The translations under genes and the position numbers were made by a program. From sequence record OQ198719.1: a stretch of DNA of 40,000 bases. One strand, written 5' to 3'. The DNA is from Caudoviricetes sp. 'Rudgehvirus jaberico'. The notes under the pieces are model-generated. The model did no database searches. It saw only the letters and a list, made by a program, of their open reading frames with translations, and was not told the origin of the DNA. Of this stretch, positions 26,557-35,868 are shown in pieces (within the stretch, counting starts at the first letter, position 1; every line of letters starts with the position of its first letter).

Positions 26557-29500
26557 TAAGCATCCTGTTGACGTTCCTAATGGAAGTCTTCTATATGCTA
26601 AAAATATTCGTGTTTCAGATGATGGTAAACGTCTGATTAACGAAGAAGGTGTAAGTATAACTAATATGAACTATTCTAATCAAATAGTTGGAGTTATACC
26701 TACATATAAAGATCTTATCATATTTACAAGTGAAAATGAAATATTTATTAACGATATACTTGTAGAAAGTGATTGGACTTGGGAAGGTGGAGATGTATTT
26801 GGTACTTGGACTCAAAATGTTGAAGGTGATTATATAGTAGCTATTAGTGAAAGAGATTTTTATCCTGATACTAAGAAAGTTCCTTTGAAGATAATTAATA
26901 TATCTCAGAATACTAAAGATGGTAATCAGACTAAATATACAGTTAGTCCTAACATTCCTTTCTATAGTCTTAAATTTATTGAATATGTAGAAGGTGATTA
27001 TATACCTAATGGTACGTATTACTTCTATATAAGATATGAAATAAGTAATAATAATTATACTAAATGGTTTCCATGTAGTGCTCCTATATTTGCATATAAT
27101 ACTGATACTAAGAATATATTAAGTTATACAAGTTCTTCTCCAATGCTTAAAGCTGAAGACGGAACTCTTAATCAATTATTATCTTCAAATATAATAAATA
27201 CTACAGGTGTTATTAATATAGGAGACGAAGTTAATAATAATCTTAATTTTAGATTCAATGTTGAGAAATTTAATAATAGCGATTATGCAAACTTTCAATT
27301 AGGATTTATTGTTAATGATGGAACTGATACTAAAGCTTATCTTTGGGAGAAATTTGATAGTTCTATTGGAGAAATTATATTTAATGGAGCTAATGCATCT
27401 GAAATAACATTAGAAGAAATACAAGAAAATACATTTAACTTGTATAATGTTAAGACGATGGATAATTATAATAATCGTCTTTATATTGCTAATTATGAAG
27501 AAGATAGTACTATCTTAGATTATGATTCGAGTAATATAAGATTAGATGTAGAGATAGAAGAACTTAATGTAGGTATAGATGCAGAAAGCAATCCTGATGT
27601 AAGTTATCAAACTTTATTTAAGTTTATAGCTTATCATGGTAGTATAGTATTACCTCCAGAGTTTAGAAGCGCTACTGTTCCTGTATATAAACGTACTACT
27701 AATTTAGGAGAGAAAGAACTCGTTCTATTTAAAGAAGCTTGGAATGGTGCTATTGCTTCTGGTAATTTAGAAGGAATATCATTAAATGATAATAGTATTC
27801 TTCATGTTTATCATTCATATACTGATATTTATGTAGAAGCTAAAAACTTATATATTACAACTCTTGGTTCTTATACAGGTGGTTCAGGTGAAGATTTTAG
27901 AGCAGTACTTAAAGAAGGTAATACTTATACTGTTCTTGAAGGAACTATGCAACCTTATATTAATGTAAACGGAGATGATTTAAAAACAGGTTATTCTATT
28001 AGAGGTTATAATATGACTCCTCCTCAAGAAGTTGTAAATAACAATAGTAACTCTAATAGTTATAACTTTTCTAAGAGATTAGAGAATAGTACTTTATCTC
28101 CCGGAGAAGTATATAGTTTCTTTATTCATTTTGTTAAAGAAGACGGTTCTGTTAGTAAAGGTTTCAGAATTAAATCTGAAACTTCTAATGTAGTTATTCC
28201 TAATATAGAAATTCAAGCTACTTATCAAGATGGAGATAAAGCTACTCTTAGTTTTGAATGTGTATATGATGGAAGTAGAACTATGGCAGATTTAAAAACT
28301 ATTATAGATAATATACTTACTTCTTTAATAGGACATGGAGTAGTTCCAACTAATCCTATAGTTTCTGCAACTTGGATAAATTATAAATGGGAAACTTATA
28401 AAGATATACTCAATAATTATCCTTATTATAAAGTTTACCAAGTATTTGGAGATTTATCTAATAAAGATAAGAATGGAGAATATACAGTTACTGATCTTAC
28501 AGCGTTTCAAGATGATGATTATTCGTATGAAACATTGATGAAACCTATACAGTTTACTAAACGAGGCTGTAACTATTATTCTAATACTAATAAAGATGAA
28601 CTGTTTGTAATACCTTATTATAGTGCTTATACGAATACTGTAAATAAGATATATAGATATATTCCTTATTTCTCTAATATAACTATTCCTGACGGTTATG
28701 TTGGATTTTTTATTAGTACTGAGAAGTATGAACATAGAAAATCATTAACTGGTATTGCTACTCTTGAAGATTTTAGTGGTCAAGAAGTTCCTGATCAATC
28801 TGCATTTACTAAAGGACTTAGAGTTATATCTAATAATCTTTATTCTGATTCTTCAAGTATTAATGGAAATATATTAAGAATAGAAAATAAGATAACTTAT
28901 AAAACTCTTGTTGATTATAAGACTGCTGTAAGTTATAATAGATTTGTAGAAAGTATCGATAGTTCTACTCCTGCTCTTCGTCCTTATTATAATACATTTA
29001 TTATAGAAAATAAAGAAGTAGTAGACGGAGATAATTCTTCTGATAATAATACAGGAAGAGAACGAGCGATAATAGTTAATAAAGGAGTAGATTTGTCTGA
29101 TTATCCTACTATTGATGCTAACAGTTTTTTGACTGTTAGTTTTATTAGTTTTAATGACAATCTATATAGTGCAAAGTTTAAGTCTTTATATAGAATAGGA
29201 AATATTAAATATAAGACAGAAGCTACTACTTATGATTATTCTATTAGTGATGGGATTAGTTTAGGTAATTTTCTAAGTCTTGCAAGATCTATTGTAATTA
29301 ATCAACATGGAATATCTATTCAAACAACAGGAGAATTAATACCTTCTGATGGAGCATATAATTATTATTATAAATGGGTTAAGAAATCTAATGTTGATAG
29401 TGAATATACTTCTGTTCCCGGTAGTCCTTATAATATTATAGAATACTTTGCTTATTCTGATACTTTATATGAACTTATAAATATTAAGGATAGTATAGAA

Positions 29501-30844
29501 GAAATTAAGATTCCATTTGATATAAGAAATCTTGTAGCTCTCACTGATGTTGCAGGTACAAGTCAAATAAGTGTTATACTTCCATCTCCGAGAGATATTC
29601 AGAATTTATTTGAATCTAAATCTAATTATAATATATTTGATGGGAATAAGGCTTATGATAACTTTACAGGAGAAGAAATAAATATAGAAGTATATGATAA
29701 GTTTATAAGACGTTCTAATGTTCAACAAGATGAAAGTAGAGAAATTGCTTGGAGAAGATTTCAACCAGATGCTTATAAACAAATTACTGAAAATAAAGGT
29801 AAGATAACTAATATAGTTGGAGTAGGATTATATTTACTTGTACATTGTGAATATAGTCTTTATATGTTTAATAGAGATGCTTCTCTTCAAACAAATAATA
29901 AAGATGTTCAACTATTTATTCCTGATGCATTTGATGTAGAATATCAAGAAGTATTTACTTCTGCTCATGGATATGGCGGACTTCAAGATTATACAAGTTG
30001 GACACTTGATGACTTCGGTTATATATTTTATGATGCTACAAGGTATCAAATATTTAGATTCGATAATAAGAGTTTAGATATTCTTAATACAGATATAGAA
30101 GAATTTATTCGTAAGTATAAGTTTACTAAATGTGATTTTGGTAATGACTTTCAACGTAAACGTATTCTTCTTGGTCTTAGTGCATCTGAAGGTTACGCAA
30201 TGCTATCTTATTCATTATTAACTAATACTTATATATCTACTCATGATTATTATTATAAGAGAGCTTATAATACTGCAAAAGATATATTTTTATTTACTAA
30301 TAATAGTTTCTATAGTTTTACTATTGATAAAGGTTTTATAGATATTGATATTGAGAAAGTAGGACTTAATCCTATATTTCCTGCTGAATTTGATGAATAT
30401 CATGGAACATTTACTTCTTCTATCAATATGGTATTTAATATAAGTCCTGATATTATTAAGATTCTTGCTTATATAGAATATTTATTTAATAGAAGTTATA
30501 ATAGATCTTATCCTATTGCTCCTCCTAATAATGTAGAAGCGCAATTTAATAGAAGTTATAGTGGTGATTATATTACTATTAATTCTGAAGCTTGTACTTC
30601 TGGTAGATTAGATATAAGTCTTCCAGATAAAGATTTAGGAGTTATAGCTAATAATCAATATATGAATTATACTAAGCCTCGTTGGAATGTAGGTAAGTGG
30701 AATTTTAACTATTTTAGAAATACAAGACCTAATGCTAATAGTTATATATATGGTAAGTATTTTGTATTAGACTTTGTATTTAGAAATTACAATGGAGAGA
30801 ATATAGAAATAGAAGATATTTCTGTTAACGTTAAAAAAATATAA
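26528..30844 (+). CDS. Muzzle/stabilisation-like tail protein (crAss-like)
   Basis: 1438-aa ORF beginning 'MKPVQQLNLNKHPVDVPNGSLLYAKNIRVSDDGKRLINEEG', resembling the large crAss-like tail stabilisation/muzzle family. Confidence 0.65.
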   Translation: MKPVQQLNLNKHPVDVPNGSLLYAKNIRVSDDGKRLINEEGVSITNMNYSNQIVGVIPTYKDLIIFTSENEIFINDILVESDWTWEGGDVFGTWTQNVEGDYIVAISERDFYPDTKKVPLKIINISQNTKDGNQTKYTVSPNIPFYSLKFIEYVEGDYIPNGTYYFYIRYEISNNNYTKWFPCSAPIFAYNTDTKNILSYTSSSPMLKAEDGTLNQLLSSNIINTTGVINIGDEVNNNLNFRFNVEKFNNSDYANFQLGFIVNDGTDTKAYLWEKFDSSIGEIIFNGANASEITLEEIQENTFNLYNVKTMDNYNNRLYIANYEEDSTILDYDSSNIRLDVEIEELNVGIDAESNPDVSYQTLFKFIAYHGSIVLPPEFRSATVPVYKRTTNLGEKELVLFKEAWNGAIASGNLEGISLNDNSILHVYHSYTDIYVEAKNLYITTLGSYTGGSGEDFRAVLKEGNTYTVLEGTMQPYINVNGDDLKTGYSIRGYNMTPPQEVVNNNSNSNSYNFSKRLENSTLSPGEVYSFFIHFVKEDGSVSKGFRIKSETSNVVIPNIEIQATYQDGDKATLSFECVYDGSRTMADLKTIIDNILTSLIGHGVVPTNPIVSATWINYKWETYKDILNNYPYYKVYQVFGDLSNKDKNGEYTVTDLTAFQDDDYSYETLMKPIQFTKRGCNYYSNTNKDELFVIPYYSAYTNTVNKIYRYIPYFSNITIPDGYVGFFISTEKYEHRKSLTGIATLEDFSGQEVPDQSAFTKGLRVISNNLYSDSSSINGNILRIENKITYKTLVDYKTAVSYNRFVESIDSSTPALRPYYNTFIIENKEVVDGDNSSDNNTGRERAIIVNKGVDLSDYPTIDANSFLTVSFISFNDNLYSAKFKSLYRIGNIKYKTEATTYDYSISDGISLGNFLSLARSIVINQHGISIQTTGELIPSDGAYNYYYKWVKKSNVDSEYTSVPGSPYNIIEYFAYSDTLYELINIKDSIEEIKIPFDIRNLVALTDVAGTSQISVILPSPRDIQNLFESKSNYNIFDGNKAYDNFTGEEINIEVYDKFIRRSNVQQDESREIAWRRFQPDAYKQITENKGKITNIVGVGLYLLVHCEYSLYMFNRDASLQTNNKDVQLFIPDAFDVEYQEVFTSAHGYGGLQDYTSWTLDDFGYIFYDATRYQIFRFDNKSLDILNTDIEEFIRKYKFTKCDFGNDFQRKRILLGLSASEGYAMLSYSLLTNTYISTHDYYYKRAYNTAKDIFLFTNNSFYSFTIDKGFIDIDIEKVGLNPIFPAEFDEYHGTFTSSINMVFNISPDIIKILAYIEYLFNRSYNRSYPIAPPNNVEAQFNRSYSGDYITINSEACTSGRLDISLPDKDLGVIANNQYMNYTKPRWNVGKWNFNYFRNTRPNANSYIYGKYFVLDFVFRNYNGENIEIEDISVNVKKI

Positions 30845-30850
30845 TTAATT

Positions 30851-33124
30851 ATGGCAAGAAAGAAAGCATTTATTGGAGCTGCTATTTCTCTTGGTACAAG
30901 TATAGTAGGAGGACTAATGAGTAGTGCTGCTAAAAGACGTCAACAAGAAGAACAGCAACGTCAACAAGAAGCTGTTTATAGAGCAAAAGAAGGTAGTAAT
31001 ATGGCTTCTTCTTATAATCAGCAACATGCTAATGATTATGATTTATCATTAGAAAATGAAAGGCTTTATACTTCCTCTCTTTTTAAAGGAGGTGGAAGTA
31101 TTCATATTAAAGATTCCAAGAAAGGAACATTTACTGCTGCTGCAAAGAAACGTGGACAATCTGTTCAAGGTTTTGCAAGTAAAGTGTTAGCTAATAAGGA
31201 TAATTATAGTCCTGCAATGGTTAAGAAAGCAGTATTTGCACATAATGCTCCTAAATGGAAACATAGACTTGGAGGTATTGTTAATACTCTATTTAGACTT
31301 GGTGGTGGTACTAAACTAAAAGCAACTAAACGTGCGACGAAGCAAAATTTAGGTTTGGAGAACGCTAACAAGGTAGGCGTAAACGCTCCCACAGCTTATA
31401 GGAGGCTCTCTATCGAATCTTCACAGCCGAGTAGAACTATCCTATCATCCGAGGATAAAGTCGTTCAGAAAGCCTTAGAATCAGCAATTTCCACATCCCC
31501 TGTAAAGGAAGTTGATGATACTCGTACTACTTATAAAGGTGGTGGTAAAGCTGATGTTAATAATATTATTACTGAAGGTGGCGATGCTAAGAGGATAGGA
31601 CATCAAACATTCCTTTTACGGGGGAGGAAACATCGAAATGGCGGCATAGTACTTGGTAAAGGACGTAATGCAATAGAAGCCGAAGGAGGAGAAGTAGTTA
31701 AAATAGATAAGAATACAATGAAGATTTTAAGTACTGTTCCTATGGCTAATGGAGAAAGTCCTGCTAATAGAGTATTAAAGGGAGAAAATCCTAATAAAGT
31801 ATTCGATAGTCAAGAACAATTTAAAGATAGAAATAATTTAAATAATAAAAAATATCAAGATGGAGGAAGTAAGAATATATCTGGAAGAACAACAGAAAGC
31901 TTTGGAACAAGAAAAAATAATAGCTTCATTAATAGTCCTCTTCGTATTCGTAGTATTAACAATGAGTTTGTTAATGATAAAACGAAAACTGATGTCAAAT
32001 TTGTTGGAGGGAAAGAACAAAAGTATGAAACCGTTCCCGTATTCAAAAAGAATAATTTCAATCTTCTTTCGGATAGAGATAATAATACAGTTAATCGTAT
32101 TTCTGATAGCCTTAGTAATAATTATTATTTAAAAAATAGAAAATCTATTCAAAATCTAAATGGATATTTAAGAATTATTAAAGATGCATCTATAATTGGA
32201 GCAAATGCTGCAATTAAAAATGTTCCAAATGTTATTGAAGGATTAAATGATTTAAATAATAATTTAGATAGAAATTTTGAAGAACCTAAGTTATTAGATA
32301 GGTATTATGAAAACATTCCAATAGATATAAATTTAAAAGAAAATAATAATACAAATAAACAACTTGAAAATATGCTACGTTATATTAATGGAAGACCTAA
32401 TATGAGATTAGGAGGAAAAAGTAGTTTAATTAGACGTAAAGCTGCATTAGGAGATTATTTAAATCTTGCAGGAGATGCCTTTAATATTATAAGTCCTCTT
32501 CTTGGAGGAAGTCGTACTAAGAGAGCTATTAATAGAATGGTTGCTCCTACTCAACCTACTCAACTTCAAGCTGTTCCTTTAAGAACTACTTATAATATTC
32601 AACCTCAATTAACTGATGTCTATAATGCAGAACAACAAAGTATTGCTGAAACTAATCGTAATACTGCAAGTTCTGTTGCTGCTCAAGCCAGAGGAACAAG
32701 GCTTCGTCAGTTAGGTCTTAATCAACGTAATCAATTAAGAGGACAACAACAGAATATTGAAACTCAATTGATTAATCAAAATAGACTTAATCGTCAACAA
32801 GTAACTAATCAGAATATTGCAGCTACTAATGATTGGAGAGATAGAGTTTCTCAGTTTGTAAATGATCAGATTGTTAGTAAAACAAATGTAGATAATCAAA
32901 TAATTGAAAACGTTAGTGCTGGTATTAGAGATTTGCAATTAAGAGGTGATAAAAATAGACAAGAAAGAAATGCTCTTACTGCAATAATGGCTTCTAATCC
33001 TGAACAAGTTAATTTATTTATGAAGAAGAGAAAAGAATATGAAAATCTTCTTGATAGAAATTCTCGTAGTCTTTTAAGACCTTATAGATGTGGTGGTTCA
33101 GTTAAACGTAAAATGAAGAGATGA
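30851..33124 (+). CDS. Large internal virion protein (cargo-like), Gln/Asn-rich
   Basis: 757-aa ORF. N-terminal 'AFIGAAISLGTSIVGGLMSSAAKRRQQ', 'FLLRGRKHRNGGIVLGKGRNAIEAEGGEVVKI' and a basic C-terminal tail. Synteny with crAss-like cargo genes. Confidence 0.5.
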   Translation: MARKKAFIGAAISLGTSIVGGLMSSAAKRRQQEEQQRQQEAVYRAKEGSNMASSYNQQHANDYDLSLENERLYTSSLFKGGGSIHIKDSKKGTFTAAAKKRGQSVQGFASKVLANKDNYSPAMVKKAVFAHNAPKWKHRLGGIVNTLFRLGGGTKLKATKRATKQNLGLENANKVGVNAPTAYRRLSIESSQPSRTILSSEDKVVQKALESAISTSPVKEVDDTRTTYKGGGKADVNNIITEGGDAKRIGHQTFLLRGRKHRNGGIVLGKGRNAIEAEGGEVVKIDKNTMKILSTVPMANGESPANRVLKGENPNKVFDSQEQFKDRNNLNNKKYQDGGSKNISGRTTESFGTRKNNSFINSPLRIRSINNEFVNDKTKTDVKFVGGKEQKYETVPVFKKNNFNLLSDRDNNTVNRISDSLSNNYYLKNRKSIQNLNGYLRIIKDASIIGANAAIKNVPNVIEGLNDLNNNLDRNFEEPKLLDRYYENIPIDINLKENNNTNKQLENMLRYINGRPNMRLGGKSSLIRRKAALGDYLNLAGDAFNIISPLLGGSRTKRAINRMVAPTQPTQLQAVPLRTTYNIQPQLTDVYNAEQQSIAETNRNTASSVAAQARGTRLRQLGLNQRNQLRGQQQNIETQLINQNRLNRQQVTNQNIAATNDWRDRVSQFVNDQIVSKTNVDNQIIENVSAGIRDLQLRGDKNRQERNALTAIMASNPEQVNLFMKKRKEYENLLDRNSRSLLRPYRCGGSVKRKMKR
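31496..31509 (-). repeat. GGGG hairpin motif copy
   Basis: Reverse complement TCCTTTACAGGGGA. + strand reads TCC CCT GTA AAG GAA (SPVKE). Confidence 0.65.
31611..31625 (+). repeat. GGGG hairpin motif copy with one extra T
   Basis: TCCTTTTACGGGGGA, in a different reading phase from the other forward copies (FLLRGR). Confidence 0.5.
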
Positions 33125-33125
33125 T

Positions 33126-35864
33126 ATGGCTCCTATTAATTTTAATATACCTCGTTATCAGAGAAGAGAATTTGTAGCAGCTCCTCTTGAAACTTATGCT
33201 AATACTCTTGGTACATTACAACAACGCCATGAGCAAGCTATTCAACAAGCTAATGCTACTAAAACATTTCTTGCTAATAAGCAACTAAATGAAGCTGAAA
33301 ATGAATGGCTATATAATTATACTCAAGATATACAGAATCAATTAGAAAGTGCAGCTGAGAGTGGTAGTTATGCTACTGCTCTTACTACTGCTCAAAAACT
33401 TGCTGGACAAGTTGCAAGTGATCCAGCACTTATTGGTCGTGAACGTTATCAACAACAGTTTAAAGAATTTCAAGAACAAGTTAAAACAAGTAAGGATTAT
33501 GATGATGATGTAAAAGCATATGCTCTTGCAATGAATCCTTATGGTTATCAAGATACTACTAATGATAAAGGACAGGTAACAGGAGGTACTACTTTTAATC
33601 CTAATTACCAACCTGTTGCTCAAGTAGATCTTAATGAAATTTATCAAAAAGCTTTATCTACTGTTGGTGTTGATTCTTCTCAAGGTGGGCAACTTGTATG
33701 GGGAGATGAAAATGGAAATCTTCGTCAAGGTGCTCCTAATATCGCTGGTGGTGATTTACCTTATCTTAAAACAAGTCAAGGTATTCAAAGATTAGATGCT
33801 AATAAGATCCGTCAAGCTGTAGAAGCTGCTATTGATGCTACTCCGGGTGCACGTGCTTCTATTAAACAAGACTATACAGTTAATGCTTGGAAAGCAAGTA
33901 GAGGAGATACTAATAATCTTGTTACTAAACCTGATGGTACTATTATGTCTATGCAAGAGTTTCAAGAATCTATGTTAGCACCAAGATATAAAGCATCTGC
34001 TTATACAAGAGTAACAAGAGATGTTGATCCTTCTATTGGATTTAACTTTCTTAAAGCTCGTGAAGCTCAAGAAGATGCTGCAAGAAAAAAGACTGGAACT
34101 GGTAAACAAGATGATTTTGCTACTTCATTTATTACTCCTATTGGTAAACAAAAAGTAGAACCTCAAACAGTTAGTCAAATTCAAGCTGATAAAGCTAATT
34201 ATCAAACAAGTTTACGTAATATATTTGCAGATTATGGAATTGATAAAACTGTTAGTGATGAACAAGGTTATAGACTTGTTAGAAATAGATTATTAAGTTC
34301 TGGACAACCTACTGAATTTATTCAAAGAAAAGTAGCTGAGTTAGATAATATTTATAATCAATTTAATATCGCTAATAATAGATTAGAAGGTACTCGTGCT
34401 CAACTTACTCCTGAACAAAGACAGGCTACTGACTTTCTTGGTAATAAGTATAGTAATGGTAATATGTCTAATGCAGAAGAAAATCGTTATCAGAGAGAAT
34501 ATAGCGAGAAGATAAATAAGATGTTCTTTAATGGAGATAATTATGAAAATCTCATTATTAATCCTTCTGATAAAGAAAGTTTTAATCATATTCTTACTCA
34601 ACTTAGAGGACGTAATGGTTTAGGTCTTAGTAGAAATGATGTTTATACTAAAACTATTGACGGTAAAGAACGCATTATTATTACTAAAGAAGCATTTGCT
34701 AAATATGGAGATGTAATGCGAGAAGCTATTTCTCCTCGTAGCGGAAGTCTTACTAATAGACGTGGTGCAAGTTATGAAATGCAATTATATAATAATGATA
34801 ATGATATTCGTGATTTAAGTAATAATGGTGCTAAATTCGGAGGTCTTCGTGTTGCATATAATGAATATGGATTAGGAGAAGTTATAAGTAAAGCTAATTC
34901 AGCATCAAATGCTGCTGATAGACGTATAGCTAATGAATTAGCTCCTACTTATATAGAATTATTTGGAAGTAATCTACCTATTGAAATTACTGCTCAAGGT
35001 ATGGGAATGACAGACGAACAAATTAAAAGTTATCGTAATGAATATAAAAATGCTTTAGCTAATGCAAATGGCGGAAGTGTAGGCATGAAAATTCGTAATG
35101 AAAACGGAGAATTTGTTCCTGTTGAAGATAGTACTAAACGCGAAGCATATATGAAAACTCTTGCTTCTCGTTTAGATGAAGCACAAATAGGAACAGTAGT
35201 TGATCCTATTACTGGTAAACTTCTTCAAGTTATTTCAGTTCCTAATATGTTGAAACAAGGTAAGAATACTAAGAAGTTTGCAGATAGTGATATAGAAGAT
35301 ATATCTCCTGCAAGCGGAAGTCTTACTATAACTGTAGAAGGAATTAGAACTGATATGACTTCTTTATTTGAAAGAAGTCCTCAAGTTCAGAATATGGCTA
35401 AACTTAATGCTATTAAATATAATTCAGCATTAAGCCAAGGTTATACTCTGACTCCTGAAGAATTTGGTGATGGAACTGCTACTGCTGGAATTGAAAATGG
35501 GCAATGGTTTATTCAAACTGGAGATAATAGAATTAATGTTACACAAGAAGAAATGACAGGTATTATTACAAGTAATAAAGCTAATCAAGTTATGCTTAAT
35601 GCTGTACAAAATGCTGCTGATATTCTTATTTCTCAAAATGGTTCTATATCTCAAGCTCCTCAAGATGAAGTAGAAGTTTCAGTAGTAACACCATTATATG
35701 TTAAAGCATTTAATGACTTTAGAATAGATATTGCAAATGTAGATAGAGAACAAGTTCCTGTTCCTACGCTTAATAAGATATATAAACATTTCTCTGATTT
35801 ATATTATCAAACAACAGGTGAATATCCATCTGCTCGAATTAACGAAACAGGATTTAATAAATAA
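33126..35864 (+). CDS. Large internal virion protein (cargo-like)
   Basis: 912-aa hydrophilic, Gln/Asn-rich helical ORF in the cargo cluster. Confidence 0.5.
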   Translation: MAPINFNIPRYQRREFVAAPLETYANTLGTLQQRHEQAIQQANATKTFLANKQLNEAENEWLYNYTQDIQNQLESAAESGSYATALTTAQKLAGQVASDPALIGRERYQQQFKEFQEQVKTSKDYDDDVKAYALAMNPYGYQDTTNDKGQVTGGTTFNPNYQPVAQVDLNEIYQKALSTVGVDSSQGGQLVWGDENGNLRQGAPNIAGGDLPYLKTSQGIQRLDANKIRQAVEAAIDATPGARASIKQDYTVNAWKASRGDTNNLVTKPDGTIMSMQEFQESMLAPRYKASAYTRVTRDVDPSIGFNFLKAREAQEDAARKKTGTGKQDDFATSFITPIGKQKVEPQTVSQIQADKANYQTSLRNIFADYGIDKTVSDEQGYRLVRNRLLSSGQPTEFIQRKVAELDNIYNQFNIANNRLEGTRAQLTPEQRQATDFLGNKYSNGNMSNAEENRYQREYSEKINKMFFNGDNYENLIINPSDKESFNHILTQLRGRNGLGLSRNDVYTKTIDGKERIIITKEAFAKYGDVMREAISPRSGSLTNRRGASYEMQLYNNDNDIRDLSNNGAKFGGLRVAYNEYGLGEVISKANSASNAADRRIANELAPTYIELFGSNLPIEITAQGMGMTDEQIKSYRNEYKNALANANGGSVGMKIRNENGEFVPVEDSTKREAYMKTLASRLDEAQIGTVVDPITGKLLQVISVPNMLKQGKNTKKFADSDIEDISPASGSLTITVEGIRTDMTSLFERSPQVQNMAKLNAIKYNSALSQGYTLTPEEFGDGTATAGIENGQWFIQTGDNRINVTQEEMTGIITSNKANQVMLNAVQNAADILISQNGSISQAPQDEVEVSVVTPLYVKAFNDFRIDIANVDREQVPVPTLNKIYKHFSDLYYQTTGEYPSARINETGFNK

Positions 35865-35868
35865 TATT

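Noticed and set aside
28141-28160. CTCCCGGAG palindrome near 28145
   Set aside because: Explained by the ordinary codons of LSPGE; no TAC loop or TCCTY/GGGG arms.
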